Positions 59,548 through 64,000 of a stretch of DNA of 64,000 bases are shown here, piece after piece. Source of the DNA: Candidatus Nanoarchaeia archaeon (GTDB lineage Archaea > Nanobdellota > Nanobdellia > SCGC-AAA011-G17 > JACPNG01); assembly GCA_028714095.1 (NCBI GenBank), contig JAQTMY010000001.1, positions 185,787 to 249,786 on the forward strand, written 5' to 3'. The notes under the pieces were generated by a model. That model saw only the letters and a list, made by a program, of their open reading frames with translations, had not been told where the DNA came from and made no database searches. How positions within the stretch are numbered: position 1 is the first letter of the stretch; each line of letters starts with the position of its first letter. The translations under genes were made by a program, and so were the position numbers.

Positions 59548-60570
59548 TTAGAGAAATTCACTAACCGATTCGTTATAATGGACTGCTTCTATAGCCTTGT
59601 AGAATAGAGAAGCTACAGAAATCTCATGTAATTTGCCAGTAAAGTAAGATTTGGGTCTAAGGATAGTATCTGTTGTTACAAACTCATCAATTGAAGGATC
59701 CTTCTCGATTATTTCCTTTACCCCTTTCTCAAGTTTGTTGTGAGTCACAAAGGCTATAACATATCCTGCTCCGTCCTCTCTGACTTTATGGGCTGTATTA
59801 AGGATTGTTCTTGTACTTCCTGCCTCGTCATCAGGAATTAATACTAATTTTTTGTCTAAAGATTCATTACAATTAAGAGCCTGACTCTTAATTCCAACAT
59901 CTCTTATTCTTTCTTTATCTACATACCCTTTAATTACTTTTAATCCAGGATATTTTATCTCAAGTTTTTTCTTTATCGGATTTACTCTCGTGCTTAATGC
60001 TCCAGTATCTGGGGCAATTATGGCAATTTCATTATATTCCTTGATTTTAGGGATTAGATAATCCACTAAACAATCAGTAGCATTTAAAACTTCAGAAGAA
60101 ACGGTGTGGTATGCATTTAAAATAGCTTCATTATGCAATTCCATAAAAATAAGATGATTTAGTCCAGAAGCTTGGATCATCTTTGCTACCCATCTTGAGG
60201 TCCAAGGATCTCTTGGCTCTGTTTTTCTGTCCTGTCTAGATCCCATAAGATAAGGGATAACTGCCACTCTATACGCAGCTTTATCCATGCTCTCTGCCAA
60301 TATAAGTAATTCATTAAATCTTTTATGGAGATTCTCCCTTCCAGTTATCTGATGGATAGATTGTATGAGGAATACCTTTCTCCCTCTTATATTTTCTTCT
60401 GATTTAATAAGGGGTTCTCCGTCGTTGAAAGGTTTATCTTTGATTGAAGCCAGTTCAACCCCATCAGAGTTAACCACCCTCTCACCAAACTTCCTAGTAG
60501 CAGTTAAAGCAAAGATCATAGGGGGGCCATATTGATCATAAATAATTTTTCTTTTTTCAGGATCAATCAT
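59548..60570 (-). CDS. prs: Ribose-phosphate pyrophosphokinase (PRPP synthetase)-family protein, divergent
   Basis: Blocks FNDGEPLIKSEENIRGRKVFLIQS, VIPYLMGSRQDRK and IIAPDTGA are conserved. The PRTase loop is altered (LIPDDEAGSTRT). Confidence 0.55.
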   Translation of the reverse strand: MIDPEKRKIIYDQYGPPMIFALTATRKFGERVVNSDGVELASIKDKPFNDGEPLIKSEENIRGRKVFLIQSIHQITGRENLHKRFNELLILAESMDKAAYRVAVIPYLMGSRQDRKTEPRDPWTSRWVAKMIQASGLNHLIFMELHNEAILNAYHTVSSEVLNATDCLVDYLIPKIKEYNEIAIIAPDTGALSTRVNPIKKKLEIKYPGLKVIKGYVDKERIRDVGIKSQALNCNESLDKKLVLIPDDEAGSTRTILNTAHKVREDGAGYVIAFVTHNKLEKGVKEIIEKDPSIDEFVTTDTILRPKSYFTGKLHEISVASLFYKAIEAVHYNESVSEFL

Positions 60571-60638
60571 ATATCTAATTTTTTTTATCTCTTAAAAAGC
60601 ATTTTCTGTTTTGAAAATATAATATAAAGAATATAATC

Positions 60639-61379
60639 TTAGTTAACAAATCTTCCGATCATTATACAATTTCCATAAGGATAAGGCTTTCCAAACCTTG
60701 TTTTTAGTGCCTCACCCTTATCCACCTCTCCCCAGCTGTATTTCTTGATTCTTTTCAAGAATCTCATCTCAATTCCTAATTTATTTTCATTGATTAATCT
60801 GTCAAGATACCTATTATAACCAACAGGAACGGTAATAATTAATTCTCCTTTCTTGTTTAACAAACTCTTAAGTTTGGCAAATGTATCAATTATGTAAGAA
60901 TCTATTCCATTAAACTTGTCAGGAAATATGTCCCCTTCTATTCCTAAATGCTCCAAAGTTGAAATGGAAACTATTAAGTCATATTTTTTTCCAGGTTCAT
61001 AGTCAAATATCCCTTTGTTTATTACATTCTTTCCTTTCTCATATTTATCGACGATGTCCCAGTCAGAATTGAAATAATGGGATAACACATTTCCAAACTC
61101 CAATATGCTTTTTCCTTCATGTTTTTTTACATAATCCATCACTAAGGGAATTTCTACAGCCCTTTCATTTATCCAGGTTTCATTATATTTTCTGTGAAAA
61201 AAATTATAGGTTTTATTGTCAAAATTAAATATCCTATTAGGAACAAAAGGCAAAATAATTGGGGCAAAAGTCCTCCTAAACAGTTTCATGAATGAACAAA
61301 ATAATCCATATTTTTTTACAAACCAGCTTATCTTGGTGAAGAAGGGGCTTCCATCAGCCTCTACATAATTTTTACCCAT
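60639..61379 (-). CDS. Class I SAM-dependent methyltransferase-like protein
   Basis: ILEFGNVLSHY (motif I-like) and DLIVSISTLEHL (motif II-like). Confidence 0.45.
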   Translation of the reverse strand: MGKNYVEADGSPFFTKISWFVKKYGLFCSFMKLFRRTFAPIILPFVPNRIFNFDNKTYNFFHRKYNETWINERAVEIPLVMDYVKKHEGKSILEFGNVLSHYFNSDWDIVDKYEKGKNVINKGIFDYEPGKKYDLIVSISTLEHLGIEGDIFPDKFNGIDSYIIDTFAKLKSLLNKKGELIITVPVGYNRYLDRLINENKLGIEMRFLKRIKKYSWGEVDKGEALKTRFGKPYPYGNCIMIGRFVN

Positions 61380-61455
61380 TTTAATCCGTAAATTTTTTTC
61401 AAATAAAAACTTATGTATTCTAGAATGAAGCTATTAAAAAATTTAAAGAAGAGTA

Positions 61456-61758
61456 TTAAACTCTTCCTGCTTTTTTGATTGCTCCGCCGATGATGACTAA
61501 AGCTATTAGAATTATTATTCCTGCCCACCAGGGCCATAGAATATTGAACAAACCAAACAATAAAGCAAATACCCCTAACAACTGTAAAACCTTCCCAATT
61601 GTTACTAAAACAAGGTTTTCTGGTGGTTTTATAGGAGTATACTCCTTGAATATTTTTGTTTCTTTTGCTTTTGTTTCAATCTTTTTTGCAGGTTTTATAA
61701 CTTTTTTTGTAGTCTTTCTTTTTACGGTTTTTCTAGCAGCTTTCTTCTTTGTGGCCAT
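61456..61758 (-). CDS. Small Lys-rich protein with C-terminal TM helices
   Basis: ORF only. Confidence 0.3.
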   Translation of the reverse strand: MATKKKAARKTVKRKTTKKVIKPAKKIETKAKETKIFKEYTPIKPPENLVLVTIGKVLQLLGVFALLFGLFNILWPWWAGIIILIALVIIGGAIKKAGRV

Positions 61759-61863
61759 GTTTACCCCCGAATATGATTCAGATTATAGGGTATTACCTAT
61801 TTATTTATTTTTCCTATCAGAATTTTTCCGGTTTAGAGATTAAAAGTTCTAAGCAAAGCCTAA

Positions 61864-62169
61864 TTATTTTATCTTTGTTTTTAGGTCTTTAAAGATTTTA
61901 CTGAAGAGTTTATAGCTTAAATCAAGCTCTTTTTGACCTTTTTTTGTTAAGGAATATATTTTTTTCCTTCCTTTTTGTTTTAATTTTATTAAATTATTTT
62001 CTCTTAAAGATTTAAGCGCCGGATAGATAGTACCCGGCGTTAATTTATCACCCCTCTTGGTTCCGATTATTTCGGCCAAATCGTCCCCGCAGAGCTTATT
62101 CTTATTGATTTCGTGGAGTATCCTAAAACTAAGTAGCCCACTCATATCAATAAATTTTGGTTCTTTCAT
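61864..62169 (-). CDS. PadR-family transcriptional regulator
   Basis: GTIYPALKSLRENNLI recognition-helix/wing signature. Confidence 0.7.
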   Translation of the reverse strand: MKEPKFIDMSGLLSFRILHEINKNKLCGDDLAEIIGTKRGDKLTPGTIYPALKSLRENNLIKLKQKGRKKIYSLTKKGQKELDLSYKLFSKIFKDLKTKIK

Positions 62170-62380
62170 AATAATTCAAAATTAGTTTTAGTATATAAAC
62201 TTATCGGTTACACAATATATTGGATAAACAATTATAGGTTATCAAATAGATAGGTTAACCTATATATAGGACAAACAATATATAAAAATTTAATAATAAA
62301 AATTTCAATCAAAGCTTAAAACTTTTAGGCGTAAAAATTAGCCCAAAAACTACTTAAATGACTAAAAATTAATCTAAAAA

Positions 62381-62707
62381 ATGCAAATTAAAAATAAGAG
62401 AATAGATGCAAACGGAATAAAGTTCTTTATAGAAAAAGATGGAAGAGAAATAGCTAGGGCTTATTTATATTTGATGTATAATGATATGCATGAAAAACCC
62501 TTTGGTTTGTTAGAAGATGTTTTTGTTGAAGAATCTTTAAGAGGCCAAGGCATAGGAACTAAACTAACTCAGGAAATAATAAAAGAAGCAGGTAAAGTAT
62601 GTTATAAATTAATCTGCACAAGCAGATACTCCAGAGAAAAAGTTCATTCTTTGTATCAAAAACTTGGGTTTAAGGATCACGGAAAGGAATTTAGGATTGA
62701 TTTTTAA
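62381..62707 (+). CDS. GNAT-family N-acetyltransferase
   Basis: Motif A region VFVEESLRGQGIGTKL. Confidence 0.7.
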   Translation: MQIKNKRIDANGIKFFIEKDGREIARAYLYLMYNDMHEKPFGLLEDVFVEESLRGQGIGTKLTQEIIKEAGKVCYKLICTSRYSREKVHSLYQKLGFKDHGKEFRIDF

Positions 62708-63222
62708 TCTAAAAACAGTTTTTTATAATTAAATTTTTCAAGTTCTTTCTCTATCTCTTCAAAACTTTTCCCACAAAGCATCCCGCCAGCCAAAAATTCT
62801 TCATGAGTAACATCTGCTAAGCAAAAATCCGGCATATCAAAAAAGTCTTTTTCATCTATATCTTCAAACTCAAAATCAACAATAATAAGCCCACTTAAAG
62901 CTCCCTGGAAAACATCAATCTCAGCAATCCTGTTCCCATATTTGTAATAATATCTTATCTTGTGGGTTTTTTTACCATCTATTTTACTCAGATCCTTAAA
63001 CTCTCCCTCTGTTAAAATTATGGTTTGCTCTTTCTGTTCTGAAGCATCGTCCTCAATAGGCTCTTTCTTAGTCATTTCATATTTATCTCCATTTTTTCTT
63101 ATTCTTAATGTTGGATGCCTTCTGGATTTAGGTACGTAAACATCAATAATTTCCTTAAAATTACAATTTTTTAATCCTTCAGGAATCTTCTTAGCTAAAT
63201 AAGTTCTTTCCAATTCAATCAT
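62704..63222 (-). CDS. CYTH-domain (triphosphate tunnel metalloenzyme) protein
   Basis: N-terminal IELERTYL (the ExExK motif) and alternating acidic/basic beta strands. Confidence 0.5.
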   Translation of the reverse strand: MIELERTYLAKKIPEGLKNCNFKEIIDVYVPKSRRHPTLRIRKNGDKYEMTKKEPIEDDASEQKEQTIILTEGEFKDLSKIDGKKTHKIRYYYKYGNRIAEIDVFQGALSGLIIVDFEFEDIDEKDFFDMPDFCLADVTHEEFLAGGMLCGKSFEEIEKELEKFNYKKLFLD

Positions 63223-64000
63223 TTTATCCTCCTTGATGCATCTAAAAGATCTTCCACAATCTCATCTGCTTTAATATCAAACTTCTTATCGGTTCCGGCT
63301 TTGCCTGTTTTAACCAATATTGTTTTTAATCCAAAATCTTTCCCGCATTTAATATCACTTGTCTGGTCACCGATAAAGTAGGAATTTTTAATGTCAATCC
63401 TTCCGTTATAATCATTAACCGCTTTCTCGATCAAGCCCGTTTTTGGTTTCTTACAATTACATTCTTCTGTAATAGAATGAGGGCAGTAATAAATCTTGTC
63501 TATCTTGATTCCATATGGCCCTAATAGTTTAAACATATATCCATTTAATTTAAAAAAATCTTCTTTTGAAAAATAACCTAATCCAATCCCTGCCTGATCT
63601 GTAGCTATGATTATTTTGTATCCTTTATCCTGAATATCTTTTAGTCCTTCCAACGCATTCTTTGTAAACGTAAATTTTTCTGGTTCATAAAGATAAGAAA
63701 TACCTTCATTAATAACCCCATCCCGATCTAGAAATACAGCTTTAATCATTTCTTTGTCTTTATTTTCTATTGAAACATAATCTTCCTCAGAAGGCAGGTT
63801 TTTTATTTTTTCAAAAATGGCTGTAGTTGATGTTTCTTCTTTGATGGGAATTAGAATAACGCTTCCGCCATATTTTTCAACCAGAGGTTTTGAAGTTAAT
63901 TTATCCAGACTATAGTCTCCTGCTTTGATGTAAAAATCTGGTTTTATAAGTTCAATGTTAAGATTGTTATTAATCTCATTAAATAAAAAAACATAATCAA
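63219..64000 (-). CDS. HAD-IIIA phosphatase (GmhB-like), apparently fused to an upstream cytidylyltransferase-like domain (HldE domain II-like). The CDS is 5'-truncated by the window end.
   Basis: FLDRDGVIN (HAD motif I), CxH...CxC zinc ligands and GDQTSD (motif III). The reading frame stays open upstream of the annotated ATG (63749) to the window edge, encoding ...KAGDYSLDKL...EKYGGSVILIPIKEETSTTAI. Confidence 0.55.
   Translation of the reverse strand, partial: DYVFLFNEINNNLNIELIKPDFYIKAGDYSLDKLTSKPLVEKYGGSVILIPIKEETSTTAIFEKIKNLPSEEDYVSIENKDKEMIKAVFLDRDGVINEGISYLYEPEKFTFTKNALEGLKDIQDKGYKIIIATDQAGIGLGYFSKEDFFKLNGYMFKLLGPYGIKIDKIYYCPHSITEECNCKKPKTGLIEKAVNDYNGRIDIKNSYFIGDQTSDIKCGKDFGLKTILVKTGKAGTDKKFDIKADEIVEDLLDASRRIK

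Noticed and set aside
1-64000. CRISPR arrays, rRNA genes and tRNA genes.
   Set aside because: Intergenic regions were scanned for regularly spaced direct repeats and for GC-rich structured segments, and none was found. The only tandem repeats are the intragenic simple-sequence tracts at 54.2-55.3 kb, which lack spacer periodicity.

Overview
This window is an AT-rich archaeal chromosomal segment with hallmarks of a small-genome (DPANN-like) archaeon. Evidence for the archaeal assignment: PolD DP1/DP2, Orc1/Cdc6, CDC48, PAN, membrane LonB, Hef, a PolB fragment, and largely leaderless gene starts. It is mostly housekeeping and operon-dense. Recognisable genes include PolB C-terminus with MetAP, CDC48, a type IA topoisomerase, an ABC exporter pair, and an ispH-polyprenyl synthase-uppS cluster. 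Also recognised: a YjjX-type NTPase, a PAC2-family protein, a type IV pilus-like ATPase/platform pair, Hef, ThpR, agmatinase, PAN, tyrS, ahcY with a PfkB kinase, and a cdc6-polD operon. The cdc6-polD operon sits next to an AT-rich intergenic region carrying repeated TTCCA-type elements, which I call a putative oriC. Further along are LonB, argS, a XerC/D-like tyrosine recombinase, PadR, GNAT, CYTH and a GmhB-like gene that runs off the window end. Nine things deserve a second look: (1) a 1346-aa Cys-rich Kelch-repeat surface protein co-encoded with a pilin-like (class III signal peptide) protein; (2) three tandem small signal-anchored proteins sharing a conserved Cys motif, each with its own AGAGGTG RBS; (3) three tandem ~180-aa four-TM membrane paralogs beside the pilus-type ATPase/platform genes; (4) an ispH translationally coupled to a polyprenyl synthase in a genome otherwise archaeal; (5) a recombinase-proximal region (about 53.7-59.5 kb) with GC-rich simple-sequence repeats inside two convergent coiled-coil/wHTH paralogs, a local rise in GC, and imperfect direct repeats flanking a ~3.1 kb segment; (6) a TraB gene split exactly at an A7 homopolymer; (7) a wHTH gene abutting an unrecognised 230-aa gene; (8) a divergent PRPP-synthetase homolog; (9) a cytidylyltransferase-like/GmhB fusion truncated by the window edge. 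No rRNA, tRNA or CRISPR array was found. All calls come from reading the supplied translations and DNA; no database searches were possible.
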